The notes under the pieces are model-generated. The model searched no databases and was not told the origin of the DNA. It saw nothing but the letters and a program-made list of their open reading frames with translations. A stretch of DNA of 64,000 nucleotides from Corallochytrium limacisporum Hawaii. Its lineage: Eukaryota > Protista > Pluriformea. Below are positions 10,636 to 20,763 of the stretch, in pieces (the stretch's first letter is position 1; each line of letters begins with the position of its first letter). The DNA is taken from assembly GCA_002811645.1 (NCBI GenBank), contig PDIP01000105.1, forward strand, positions 94,573 through 158,572, given 5' to 3'. The position numbers and the translations under genes were made by a program.

Positions 10636-12528
10636 TTATGGACTCTTTGACAAGTCACCAAGATGCACATTGAGCATAAAGAAGGTGGTGATGAAGAGAG
10701 GAAGCAACAGCTGCATCGCCTCGAAGATAGTTAGTGAGAACCAGTAGTATGCCACATACGAGTTGTAGCCAATGATGCCGGCCAGTGCAACAGATCCAGC
10801 AAGTCCCATCTTGCTGAGGTTCAAGTTTGCGACACGGGGTAGGATGTAGCCGATGAGGATCACAAATGGCAGAGATACAGCTGCAATGAAAGCAATTATG
10901 ATTGCTGAGCTGGCACGCTTCTGAGGCGGCGGGAAAGTATGTTTTTGCATTGGCTTCGGAGCATAGGGATCCCGCTCAAGCACTTCCTCCGCGGTGTATA
11001 GGCCCAAGTACTTCACTTTGCCGATCTCACGCTCAGTGTAGGCATTGGCCTGGACACAACCCACTTCGAGCTTGAGATCGTAGACGTCATCGATGTCCTT
11101 GATGGCACTGCGATGAATCTCATCTCCAAATGAGGCAACACATGTCATGTGTGCGACACTGGAGTCTCCCTGATCCGCCTCAGTGCAGTGATAGCCTCCA
11201 CCGGTAAGTTGCTTCGCACCCTTACGATCAAAACGGAGGATACCATGTGCGTAGTCGCTGGCGCCCTTGCAGCTGCTTGCATCGAAAGTAACTTCCAGGA
11301 GCCTAGTGGAGTGGACTACCGGGATCGACTCCATCTTCTGGCCAAGAGTCAGACTCTGTGTCTCCACAGTATCCGTCGGCTCGTTGGTAAATGGATTCAA
11401 GTTGCTTACAGTGACCTTGACATTGGAAATATCAATGACCTGCTGTGTCGTCAATTCAATGGTACTGGTGGTTCCCTTTGTCTTTCCTTTGACCGGAGTT
11501 AGGGTAATGGTCACGCTGCCTTCTGGTATAGCCGCTGTATATCCACCCAAGCCATCAGGTTTGAACTTGACCGTTTCACTCCCGGTGACTTCGATGATGG
11601 CATCTTTGACAGGCTTCGCGTGTTGGTCAATTATCTGTACAGAAAGAGATTTCTTGTCCAAAGTCACAGCACCAGCCACAATGCAGTCGGGCAGACCGGC
11701 CATTGCTTCCAGTGCCTGGATGCTAGCCACACCGCTGACTTTGGCGCCGGCAGCAACGGACAGAACCTTGCAAATCTGAGGCACAAGATCCTTGAGGGCT
11801 TTGGAGGTGCCAACGTCCGTCAACTTTAGTACGTTGATGAGAACCGGAACACCGCCCGTGAAGGCCACATCGACAGCAGATGACGATCCCGACTCGATAA
11901 TCATCTTGACCACATTCGCAACAGATGCATGACTTTTGTCAACAATGCTCGCAGCTGCCTTAGCGACAGCTGGGATGGTCACTGCTTGGCTCTTGACAGC
12001 GGACTCGACATCTCCCAGAGCCGTGCCCATCAACTCCGAAAACTTGCGGTCATGTCCCAGGGCTCTCAAGCCAACCATGGCATCTAGCATATTATCCAAA
12101 TAGGAACCCATTGCGGAAAGGGGCGTGCCTTCCGCGGGAACGATTGTCATGGCAAGATCAATGTCAAACTTACCCTTAGTTTGAGCACCACAGTTGGCCA
12201 CCTGGCTAAGTTTAGCCAGGCAGGCAAAGTTTCTGACACTTCCTGGGCTAGTGAGCTCCATCTCTGCGGATGCTCCTGCAGCCAGTGCTTCTACATACAG
12301 ACAGATGTCTTTGTCGTTGACACCGGCATCTGCCTTCATTGCCTTCAGCAAGAGATATGCATCTCCGAAACTACTGCACCGCCATTTCTCGTCCATCGCT
12401 GTCATAATCTCTGCCTTTGCGAATGCGGTTACGCCATCAAACGTGGGCAGAGCGGGCTGGAGATACACTTGCCCAGCTGCAGTGCTCACACATGCCAGCA
12501 GGGCACCAACAAGGCCAAAGCTTACCAT
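10636..12528 (-). CDS. RPN2: Oligosaccharyltransferase subunit ribophorin II (Swp1), divergent
   Basis: Signal peptide, large lumenal domain, YAPKPMQKHTFPPPQKR motif (cf. PKPEIxHxFRxPEKRP) followed by three TM helices. Confidence 0.8.
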   Translation of the reverse strand: MVSFGLVGALLACVSTAAGQVYLQPALPTFDGVTAFAKAEIMTAMDEKWRCSSFGDAYLLLKAMKADAGVNDKDICLYVEALAAGASAEMELTSPGSVRNFACLAKLSQVANCGAQTKGKFDIDLAMTIVPAEGTPLSAMGSYLDNMLDAMVGLRALGHDRKFSELMGTALGDVESAVKSQAVTIPAVAKAAASIVDKSHASVANVVKMIIESGSSSAVDVAFTGGVPVLINVLKLTDVGTSKALKDLVPQICKVLSVAAGAKVSGVASIQALEAMAGLPDCIVAGAVTLDKKSLSVQIIDQHAKPVKDAIIEVTGSETVKFKPDGLGGYTAAIPEGSVTITLTPVKGKTKGTTSTIELTTQQVIDISNVKVTVSNLNPFTNEPTDTVETQSLTLGQKMESIPVVHSTRLLEVTFDASSCKGASDYAHGILRFDRKGAKQLTGGGYHCTEADQGDSSVAHMTCVASFGDEIHRSAIKDIDDVYDLKLEVGCVQANAYTEREIGKVKYLGLYTAEEVLERDPYAPKPMQKHTFPPPQKRASSAIIIAFIAAVSLPFVILIGYILPRVANLNLSKMGLAGSVALAGIIGYNSYVAYYWFSLTIFEAMQLLLPLFITTFFMLNVHLGDLSKSP

Positions 12529-12975
12529 TGTTGATGATCTAGCTATCTACTATGGTCCAAGAGATCTGGGTGCTTGCCTTACTTCATTCTCCAGTTCCTG
12601 GTAAACTTCCTTGCGCTCACTCAAGGTAAGAGTTAACACAAACGTGTATGCCTGTAATGTGTATTCAATGCCTGAAACACCAAAAAGAGTCTACATGCCA
12701 CTTGCCGCCCTCATCTACATCTGTCTGGAGGGGTGAACAATGTCCGGGTTTCGTGCCGCTTGTTTTGGCACTCCACCCCCCCCTTTGTTTTGCCATTCCC
12801 ATCCTGCCACTTCCCCCCACCCCACCGGGAGGCTGTCCTGCGCAGACTGGCTTTTTCGGTGAGTTATTTTCACATACGGAATATTTTTTAATTCCAAAAT
12901 ATTGATTATTCGTCACAATGGAGTTTCTTTATAGACTTTTGCATTGTACCCTATGGGATGATGTGCCCGGTCTTG

Positions 12976-14229
12976 TCACGACCGGGCCGAAGAGATCCAT
13001 GATCCGATGATGCGGTTGTCATGCAGAGTGATAAGGTGATGACCGTCATCGGACAGGTTTGCGGATGTCAAGGGGCCAGTGAACGCGTTTTCGCCTTGAC
13101 TGTCCAGTTTGGTAACGTAGCGCAACCCACCATCGTGTGTACCGACCTCGAACACATTTATGCAGAGGGAGTCCTCGTGAATGGAGCCAGTGACCAAAAT
13201 CCCCAAAGTCTCATTGTAAGCTGGCCACAGATCGTACACTGAGGTTTCTGCCTTTCCCAGGCCTCTATACTGTTGGGTAATTTGCGGCTGCTTCATTCTG
13301 GCGTCGCTACTGATATCGAGTTCATTAATGTCACCGCATCGTTTCAATGGTCCGTTGGTTGTCAGAATACGACCAGACCGGGTGATCTGCATCCAGTCTG
13401 CTGGAGACCGTGGCTGATCGCTGCCCTTTGGCGTGATCCAAATAACTTCTGTTGCTTCCACGTCCATAGGGGGTTCCGGTTTGCCATCCGGACACTTGGG
13501 CGGCTTAGGCAAATCAATCATGCTGATTGCATAGTCAGGCTCGGCCTCGCCGCAATACACCCGGTACTTGTGTTCGGGGCGGGGATCCCAGCACACATAG
13601 AACATATTGCCCCCGCCAAACTCATAGTGTTTCACGAAGGAATAGCTGTTGGCGCCCTTCGAGGATGTGATGCTGGTAATGCTGAGGATGTGGACGCGCC
13701 AGTCTTCACCTGCACAGGCCAGCACGCCCGGATCGGTAGGGTGGAACGCGACATGGGCCAGGGCAGTCTCTTCCTTTGTGACATGATGAGCAGCCACAAT
13801 GCCTCCATGGATGTCGTGCAAACGAATAATGTATAGGTAGCCACCGTCACCTCCCGCAATCAGAACCGGTTCCGTTTTTTGTCCTCTAGTGTTTCCGATC
13901 TTGCCAAACGCAAGGGTTCTAATCTTTTCATTGCCCGTGTTTTGTACCATGACTTCCTTCATCATGCCCTCACTGGTGACTTCAATCAACCAAACTCCTG
14001 CAGAGGTTGCCAAAGCGACAAGCTCATCAGAGCCGGGTCTTAATGCATTGGGGGCAACCTCTGTCCGGTATACAACAATCGAGGCCTCTCCCGAAGCAGA
14101 CAGATCATGACGAAGTTCTACTCTATGCCTCAGTTTGTAGGCATAGTCGTCGGCCGAGCGCGCGGCCGTTGCCTTTGCAGGAGTCTTTGATCGGCTCCGG
14201 TTCGACACCTTTCTCGTACTTCCTGGCAT
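12976..14229 (-). CDS. WD40 protein, LRWD1(ORCA)/EED-like propeller
   Basis: NEKIRTLAF...VLIAGGDGGYLYII...LAHVAFHPTDPGVLACAGEDWRVHI resembles LRWD1/EED blades. The first in-frame ATG is 14229; the ORF-track start is TTG. Confidence 0.55.
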   Translation of the reverse strand: MPGSTRKVSNRSRSKTPAKATAARSADDYAYKLRHRVELRHDLSASGEASIVVYRTEVAPNALRPGSDELVALATSAGVWLIEVTSEGMMKEVMVQNTGNEKIRTLAFGKIGNTRGQKTEPVLIAGGDGGYLYIIRLHDIHGGIVAAHHVTKEETALAHVAFHPTDPGVLACAGEDWRVHILSITSITSSKGANSYSFVKHYEFGGGNMFYVCWDPRPEHKYRVYCGEAEPDYAISMIDLPKPPKCPDGKPEPPMDVEATEVIWITPKGSDQPRSPADWMQITRSGRILTTNGPLKRCGDINELDISSDARMKQPQITQQYRGLGKAETSVYDLWPAYNETLGILVTGSIHEDSLCINVFEVGTHDGGLRYVTKLDSQGENAFTGPLTSANLSDDGHHLITLHDNRIIGSWISSARS

Positions 14230-14824
14230 GATGCTTTCGGGTACAAATGCTTCACGACAACAGCGTATCGCGTGGCTAACATACCCATTCCTTCTCAAAT
14301 AGCCGTTGAATTGATCTCAATGTGGTTGCATGTGCACATCAACCACAGACCTCATAACTCAGCAAGTGCGTCCTATCATCGCGTACGGCGAAGAGAATTG
14401 TACTTGTAACTGACAGGGATCTCACCCGGCACTGCCCCCCACGCAATCTTCATTTCAAACCTGTCCGGTTGCGCTCCTTTTCGCGCGCAAACACATCCCC
14501 CCTTCCCCCCGAAGAGCTCGGGATCGGCTTTTCTTCACTGCCCTTTGAAAACATTCGGCGGGAAGGGCCCTTGCAGTGCGCCCGCCGTACAGATGATGAG
14601 AGTACAGACTGCCGAGAGTATTGGCTACCAAGAAAGGTGTTTGAGTTGGAGCACAGGTCGACAAGGATAGATAATTTGCGAACATCAAGTCGTTCCGATC
14701 ATCAACACTGGTGCCCATGAAAGACCTTGATCACAGTGACACTGGGAATGACTATGATAGAGAACGACAAAGAAATTAGACCAAGAGAATCGGATTTGGG
14801 CAAATGTAGAGCAAAAGTGGAAAA

Positions 14825-17749
14825 ATGTCAGAGTCTCCGACAGGACGCCTTCGTGTACGTTTGCATGGCCCAGTAAGTGGGTTTCAATCCCTGAGCCCTC
14901 CAAAGAATAAGAGCCGTGCTTCTAGTGGAGGTCGACAAACTGGACACTTTGGTACAGGACAGAAGAAACAAGCACCAGATCTGGAGGAAGAACTGACCGT
15001 GGAGTCCCATAGTAATGCCTTGAGGGATCTTAGTGGTCAAATAATTGACGGCCGCAACAAACAGTGGCCGGGATCAGGCCTCAGTAATATGCAGGAAGCA
15101 AAGCATGCAGCTCATGGACGTCGCAGACTTGAGAAAGCAGTGTCCCAAGACTCTCAAGCTCGGGACGCGGGCAACGGCGATGGAGGTCGCAGAGAAGGTC
15201 ATTTGTCAACGGCTAAGACGCGCAGCCGCATCGCGCAAAATCTAGAAGAGGAAATTGAGCGGATTGAACGCATTCACAGCCACTTCTGCACCACTGATTT
15301 TCCGGACCAACAGCGCAAATGCTTGGGCACCACGGAGGAGAATGCTTTACGCCAGCTTGAACACCAAAGCCGCCTCCTGAGCATTATGATGGAGAATAGT
15401 CGTGATACAGCGGCGAAGATTGCACTCGGACAAGCGCCGCCAGCACCACTACGGGTCATGCAGGGAGGAGCGAGGCCATCGTCACGGTTACCAGTGCATG
15501 GTCCGCGCCATTCTGGACGATCTCCGAGCCCAGATCGTGAGGAAATTTCTCGTATTCTGCACAACGCCGAAGATGCCATGGTTCAGGTTTCATTAATCGA
15601 GAAGGCGGCAAAGAGCAACTTGGAGGAGCTGAAGCAGGCCATCCGTGAAGACCAGGACGAGGCGAAGCGTGGTGTGGATTACAGCCCTCTTGACGCCTAC
15701 CTCAACCAGGTCGCACTCGACAGGGCACGGATTTTCCCTGAGCGTCAGCGGTATCCCTCTCCGCAAGGCAACGAGAACATCCCTCCGTCCGTTCCACGGC
15801 CACAGGCCCGATACGCAGAACCAGATATTGATACCCGCAGCATCAGGGTCTTGCTTGACAACATTCGCCGCTACCGGGAGGACTTTGAACGAAACCTTAC
15901 TGAGCTGGATCAGTCGCGTTTCGGAATGGTTTACCGAACAGACTATAGCTCTGAGAAATTTGAAGTGGATGGCAAAGGTAACCAAGTTACAAAGAGCAAA
16001 GTTCGTGCCGGCATCAAGGACCCTGGAAGGAAGCGCGGCAAGGATCGAAGTGTAGCTGCATCGACCTCTGTTGCAGGCGGCAGAGTGGTGAGACCTAAGA
16101 GCGGCAGAGGAAGGGACCTTGGTGCCAACCCGCCGGGCAAGACTCTGGAGACCGGTGAAGGGCTCAGCAATGAATATCTCAGACACATCTACGGAACAAG
16201 GTCTGTGTTGGGTCACCCGAGTCGCATCACTAAGAAACCGGCCAGTCTTCGCTTCCCGTCGAAGCCAATCCCAGCGCCGGATATTTTTGAGCGTCCCTTG
16301 AACAAGCGGTCGGCCGCGGTGATCCTACGCGGTGCTTCTAGAGCACCGCCCCAGAGCATCCAACCGCCGACATATATCGAGCGTATCCACAGTCCGACAG
16401 AGCAGGGGCTGGAGTATCCACAGCGCGAGATCGTCCACCGCATCGAAAAGCAACGTGCAGTCGTCGAAGAGCGCCGCCCGACACACTTCGCAGAAGAGGC
16501 AGGGCCATCTATTGATATCGCCGGGTACCCCCGCCCTGAACGGTCGCCTGTCAAACCTGCGGTCGCGACGTACCACCGCTTCGAGCAAGACGTCGAGCCT
16601 ACACCGCCACCTCCAGAATTGCCATTGTACGCGCAAGGCACACAGACCTTACCTGAGCAGTGGGAAAAGGAGACCTTCGCCCGCCCACAGTCCGCTGATC
16701 GGCCGGTGTCCCCGGTCCCGACGCCCGCAATGACCCCAGAACCCGCGGAAGTAAGGATCAAGGACGAACCATTCTCCCCAGTTCGCACCCCCGCGCCAAC
16801 CCCTCCGCGCATGCGCGTGCTCAAGTCTGAGCTCGACCGTCCTTTGGATGAGCTTTTGAATATTACGCAGCCACCACCGCAGCCCGAGGACCAAGGCTTA
16901 CCGGGACCCGTGCTTCCAGTCGCCACAGGCACCGATCGCGGCATTCAATTAACACCCCCCTTACCGTCGCCCCAGCATCCACGACAGCGCCAGCGCTATG
17001 TTCCCTCACCCCTTTCGGAAAGCTCATCGTTATCGTCGTTCGCAAAGCCAGAGGGCCACATGTCCGAGGGTGAGTATGCGTCGACGATGGGTTCAGTGGG
17101 GGAGGGTGTCTTTGCGCAGACTGCTGGTGGTGGATCAGAACGGGTCTATCCGAGGGCAGGGTTTCTGGATCCCGATCAGCTGCTGGGCGACATCGCTTAC
17201 TCTGAATTGGTTGGCGATGTGGACATGGGCCACCAACTGGCTCGGGCTATTCTCGAGGAAAGTATTGTTGAGGCCGGTGCAGCATTCCGTCCCGACGGCC
17301 TGGACGGTAGCGAGGGCGAAGTGGTCAACGCTGCGGACCGGAAACCCAACTTCGGCGGAGAAGAGGCCGGTGAGGCCAATGCCCCGAATCTTGGAAATGA
17401 AGAGGTTCGGCGCCAGCCTCATGTGCTCGAGCAGCGCTACCCGCGACAACCGGTTTCTTCCACAGAGAGTGAGGGCCAGCGCAACCGCCGGGCGCCGGAG
17501 GACAGTGACGAAAGCTCAGGATTGGCTGGTCGGCACCCGGCGCCGTACACTGAAGCGGAGAGCGAGGGCGAGGTAGCCATTACCGGGGCAGCCCCCCATG
17601 AACTTGCCCACGGCGGAAGCCCGCGTACGCGCCCAGGTGACGGCGGGGTCAGAGGTCAGGGTGGCGCCGTCCAACAAGACACGTCACGAGGAGAGGGGAC
17701 CTTTCTCCCTGAAAAGATTATCGAGAGACCAAGCATTCAATGTCAGTAG
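14825..17749 (+). CDS. KIAA0586: TALPID3 (KIAA0586)-like centriole distal-end protein
   Basis: Coiled coil followed by EYLRHIYGTRSVLGHPSRITKKPASLRF (cf. recalled vertebrate YML-QVYGK...GHRSTLKKGPYLRF), PVPTPAMTP/PVRTPAPTPP Pro-Thr motifs and repeated SEGE motifs in an acidic tail. Confidence 0.7.
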   Translation: MSESPTGRLRVRLHGPVSGFQSLSPPKNKSRASSGGRQTGHFGTGQKKQAPDLEEELTVESHSNALRDLSGQIIDGRNKQWPGSGLSNMQEAKHAAHGRRRLEKAVSQDSQARDAGNGDGGRREGHLSTAKTRSRIAQNLEEEIERIERIHSHFCTTDFPDQQRKCLGTTEENALRQLEHQSRLLSIMMENSRDTAAKIALGQAPPAPLRVMQGGARPSSRLPVHGPRHSGRSPSPDREEISRILHNAEDAMVQVSLIEKAAKSNLEELKQAIREDQDEAKRGVDYSPLDAYLNQVALDRARIFPERQRYPSPQGNENIPPSVPRPQARYAEPDIDTRSIRVLLDNIRRYREDFERNLTELDQSRFGMVYRTDYSSEKFEVDGKGNQVTKSKVRAGIKDPGRKRGKDRSVAASTSVAGGRVVRPKSGRGRDLGANPPGKTLETGEGLSNEYLRHIYGTRSVLGHPSRITKKPASLRFPSKPIPAPDIFERPLNKRSAAVILRGASRAPPQSIQPPTYIERIHSPTEQGLEYPQREIVHRIEKQRAVVEERRPTHFAEEAGPSIDIAGYPRPERSPVKPAVATYHRFEQDVEPTPPPPELPLYAQGTQTLPEQWEKETFARPQSADRPVSPVPTPAMTPEPAEVRIKDEPFSPVRTPAPTPPRMRVLKSELDRPLDELLNITQPPPQPEDQGLPGPVLPVATGTDRGIQLTPPLPSPQHPRQRQRYVPSPLSESSSLSSFAKPEGHMSEGEYASTMGSVGEGVFAQTAGGGSERVYPRAGFLDPDQLLGDIAYSELVGDVDMGHQLARAILEESIVEAGAAFRPDGLDGSEGEVVNAADRKPNFGGEEAGEANAPNLGNEEVRRQPHVLEQRYPRQPVSSTESEGQRNRRAPEDSDESSGLAGRHPAPYTEAESEGEVAITGAAPHELAHGGSPRTRPGDGGVRGQGGAVQQDTSRGEGTFLPEKIIERPSIQCQ

Positions 17750-17816
17750 ATAAACAGCATCTTGCAATGCAAAATGTTAGCATCTGTGTAGATGTTGTGT
17801 ATTGCTTTCTTCATTC

Positions 17817-20207
17817 TTAAAAAATGTCCGGCACGCCTTTCCAGTTGCCATCCGCCTTCATTTCCCAGTACCCACCTTTGTAGACCCATTCGTTGTCCCT
17901 TACTTTCTCGAACCAAGTGTTCTGCCACTTAGCTCCTGTCTCCTCACGTTTTCTTCGGGAGGCGCGTTGCTTCTCTTCGAGGCGGTGTTTCTCCTGGTCT
18001 GCACGGTCGAGCTCCCCTTCCTCCATGAGGCGCTGGTCCGGTCGCAGCCGAGAGTCGGTTGGAGCAACGCCAGCTTCGAGTTCGTTGAGTGTACAGGCAT
18101 GGTATGTGAACCCATAGATCTTCTCATAGTTGGGCGGAAATGGGTTCACCTGCCATACGCGTTCACGGCTCCCGTCGAGCGCAATAACATCCATGTACTT
18201 ATCCCAGTAACCGTCGAGGCGGTAACACACCTTGCCTGAGCTGTCCAGCACCTCGCCCTCTACCCTGCGCACCATTTCAGTGGAGGCAAAGAATGAATAT
18301 GCGTGGAACTTCATGCGACAAAGACAACCGTTCCTGCGCTCAGTGATTTCCATGGTGCCCGTATTATCGACCCAGAGCTTACCAACAATAATGTTGTGCA
18401 CAAAGGTGTCCACTTTGCGCCACTGGTACTCCTCGTCAAACTCCTGGAACTTCAGATAGGTTGTGTTTAAAGGGATAATCTGCAGATACTTGCCACGGAA
18501 CTTGGAGCTCATGGCGAAGCATTGGTTCAGTGTCCAATGCTTGGCCTCAGCGTGCATGGCACTAATCGGAGGATGATGACTCACCTGCTCACTTACGTAC
18601 CACCATCCCTTGTCAGCACGACGATCGGCCTCGTACGTCTCGCCCAGCAGAGGGTTAAATGGCTTACCAACGCGGGTTGCGGTACTGTTGTATGGGCTCA
18701 CCGTGAAGCAGGCAACAAGGGCCATGCGCAAAGCTGTATCCTGCTCCTCCGCAGCACGGTGCAGAATCTCGGCATACTCAAGATCTTCTGACAGACGCTG
18801 CAGGAAGGACGTTGGTTCGTTGAAAAATACTGGCATGGGTATCTTGCTTAGGTCTTTGCCGATGCAGTTCTTCATGACACCCCACAGGCTCACACTACTT
18901 GCCACCTTGAGCTTCACTGTTCTTCTGCGCTCTCCTTTGAAAGGCTCCACGGGAAGTGGCGGATAGTCACCTTCCGATGTTCTCTTTCGCATAGATGCAG
19001 TGGAAAGCTGACGTCTGTGACCTTTCTCAGCATGATGATCGTCTGTGGCATCCTCGAACTCGTCCTCTTCTTCTTCCAACTCTGGCTTTTCGGAAGTAGG
19101 CATCACTACGTGTACCATTTCCTCTTCGGCTTGTTCCATAGCATCATAAAATTCCGCGGTGTCCTGGTCAAAATCACCCGCGATCGAGGCCAAGGACTTT
19201 GCTTTTTCCTTCTGAATAGTGCTTGCTGCACGCACCTCAAGGGCAGTATGCTGGCGAGCGAGGTCCCGGAGGGCCTTTTCCAGCGATCGTTTCTTTCTTT
19301 CATGGGCCCTCTGAATCCTAAGAAAATCACGATGCTGTGACTTCATATCGGACATGAAGTCATCACAGCTAGTTTGCAGCTTTCCGATATGTTTGTCCAC
19401 TAGCGTCAAGTACTTACACAGGCCCGCTACTTCAGGATCATCACCAAACTTGTCGTGTAACGCTTTCACACGATTCCCATGTCCCGTAAAGTACTGCTGA
19501 GATTCGTTTAGAGCGTCCCGGAAAGCGCCAAGGCTTTCACTGAAGGCACGCTCATTGATTTCCAAAATTTCATCATCACCGTAGTCGTCATCCGTATCGA
19601 GCCCCTGATCGTCACTCATGGTGTCATCCTGGGAACGAGGTTGTGAGAGACCACTGGACAGAGACGCCGGTGGTGCAATCTTTTTCATTACTTCCGCCGC
19701 CTGAGGTGTGCTCTGTGACTCTCTCGACCTCTGCTTGGCGAGCTCAAGTACTGTGATCCATTTTGCCCTTAGTTTTTCGTCCTTTGCCCTGAGATAGAAT
19801 TCCATAGCACCTGTACTAATTATGAACGAAAAGCGATCGGGGCCGTGCGAGATTGTTGCGCCACGCAGTAAGATTGCACCTCGATTTGTATGATTCATCT
19901 CCTCCTTCGACCGATAGTATGTCAGAACACCATCCTCCAGTACGAACCAACGGTCTCTGTAACCAGAAACATAGTTGGTCCACTTCAAGAGCCAGCCCTC
20001 GAAGTGTTTGGTTCGTGTCTGTACTTGATTGCTCTGCACCCTATCCGCCATTTCATTTGTTTTGGAGCCTCGCTTCCCTGGCGATGTAGAAAATGACATT
20101 GCGCCCCAGACGTTTCTCAGTTGCCCGGGAATCGCTGCAGCCAGATTCCTCCCTTGCCCCTGCGTCTTATCGTCCGGAGAACTCTCAGTCCTAGGTGGCG
20201 AACTCAT
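17817..20207 (-). CDS. OSBP: Oxysterol-binding protein (PH + FFAT + ORD)
   Basis: EGWLLKWTNYVSGYRDRWFVL PH domain, EFYDA FFAT, MKNCIGKDLSKIPMPVFFNEP, KPFNPLLGETYE, EQVSHHPP, PTDSRLRPDQR. The first ATG is 20207. Confidence 0.95.
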   Translation of the reverse strand: MSSPPRTESSPDDKTQGQGRNLAAAIPGQLRNVWGAMSFSTSPGKRGSKTNEMADRVQSNQVQTRTKHFEGWLLKWTNYVSGYRDRWFVLEDGVLTYYRSKEEMNHTNRGAILLRGATISHGPDRFSFIISTGAMEFYLRAKDEKLRAKWITVLELAKQRSRESQSTPQAAEVMKKIAPPASLSSGLSQPRSQDDTMSDDQGLDTDDDYGDDEILEINERAFSESLGAFRDALNESQQYFTGHGNRVKALHDKFGDDPEVAGLCKYLTLVDKHIGKLQTSCDDFMSDMKSQHRDFLRIQRAHERKKRSLEKALRDLARQHTALEVRAASTIQKEKAKSLASIAGDFDQDTAEFYDAMEQAEEEMVHVVMPTSEKPELEEEEDEFEDATDDHHAEKGHRRQLSTASMRKRTSEGDYPPLPVEPFKGERRRTVKLKVASSVSLWGVMKNCIGKDLSKIPMPVFFNEPTSFLQRLSEDLEYAEILHRAAEEQDTALRMALVACFTVSPYNSTATRVGKPFNPLLGETYEADRRADKGWWYVSEQVSHHPPISAMHAEAKHWTLNQCFAMSSKFRGKYLQIIPLNTTYLKFQEFDEEYQWRKVDTFVHNIIVGKLWVDNTGTMEITERRNGCLCRMKFHAYSFFASTEMVRRVEGEVLDSSGKVCYRLDGYWDKYMDVIALDGSRERVWQVNPFPPNYEKIYGFTYHACTLNELEAGVAPTDSRLRPDQRLMEEGELDRADQEKHRLEEKQRASRRKREETGAKWQNTWFEKVRDNEWVYKGGYWEMKADGNWKGVPDIF

Positions 20208-20504
20208 AGGCGCCGAGCTCGTAAGTTTGAACTGACTATCTGTCCCTTCTATGCACACCAACTAAACAGAATCGATTTGTCTACAGATCTGTAGCGTTCC
20301 TAAGTCTGCAAGTGACACACCTGGAACGTCCAAATACCAGCTACCAAACTTTTTAGCGAAAACTATTACTAGAGTTTCAATTTTTTTTGGGACGATGGGG
20401 TCTAGATACGGGCGGGTCTCACGCCTGCTTTACCGGTGTCGACTCCACCCGGCCCTGTGTCACCACCACCCGCTGCCCTTCGACAAAAGTGGAAAACTGG
20501 AAAA

Positions 20505-20625
20505 GGGAAGTTTGCCGGGGGGGGGAGGGAAGACTTCTTCGCTTTTTCGCATTCTGTTCCCCTCCCTCCCTCAGCCTGTTGTGCCCCCCCCAGGGCGGGG
20601 GGGGGAGGTAGCAATCCCCACCCCA
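20505..20625. promoter_or_regulatory. Poly(dC)/poly(dG) tract, putative promoter element for OSBP
   Basis: G-runs at 20517-20525 and C8-AGGGC-G9 at 20584-20605, in the tandem intergenic 5' of OSBP. Confidence 0.45.
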
Positions 20626-20763
20626 GATCCACGGGCGCGAAGCAGTAAGGAAAAGTGACTGTCCGCAGCGGAGTTTGTTATTTGACAAAGTCGATCAATA
20701 TTCAACTCATCATCGATATCATAAATACTATGTTTTCAATTGTATTGATCGAAACCAGCGTAC

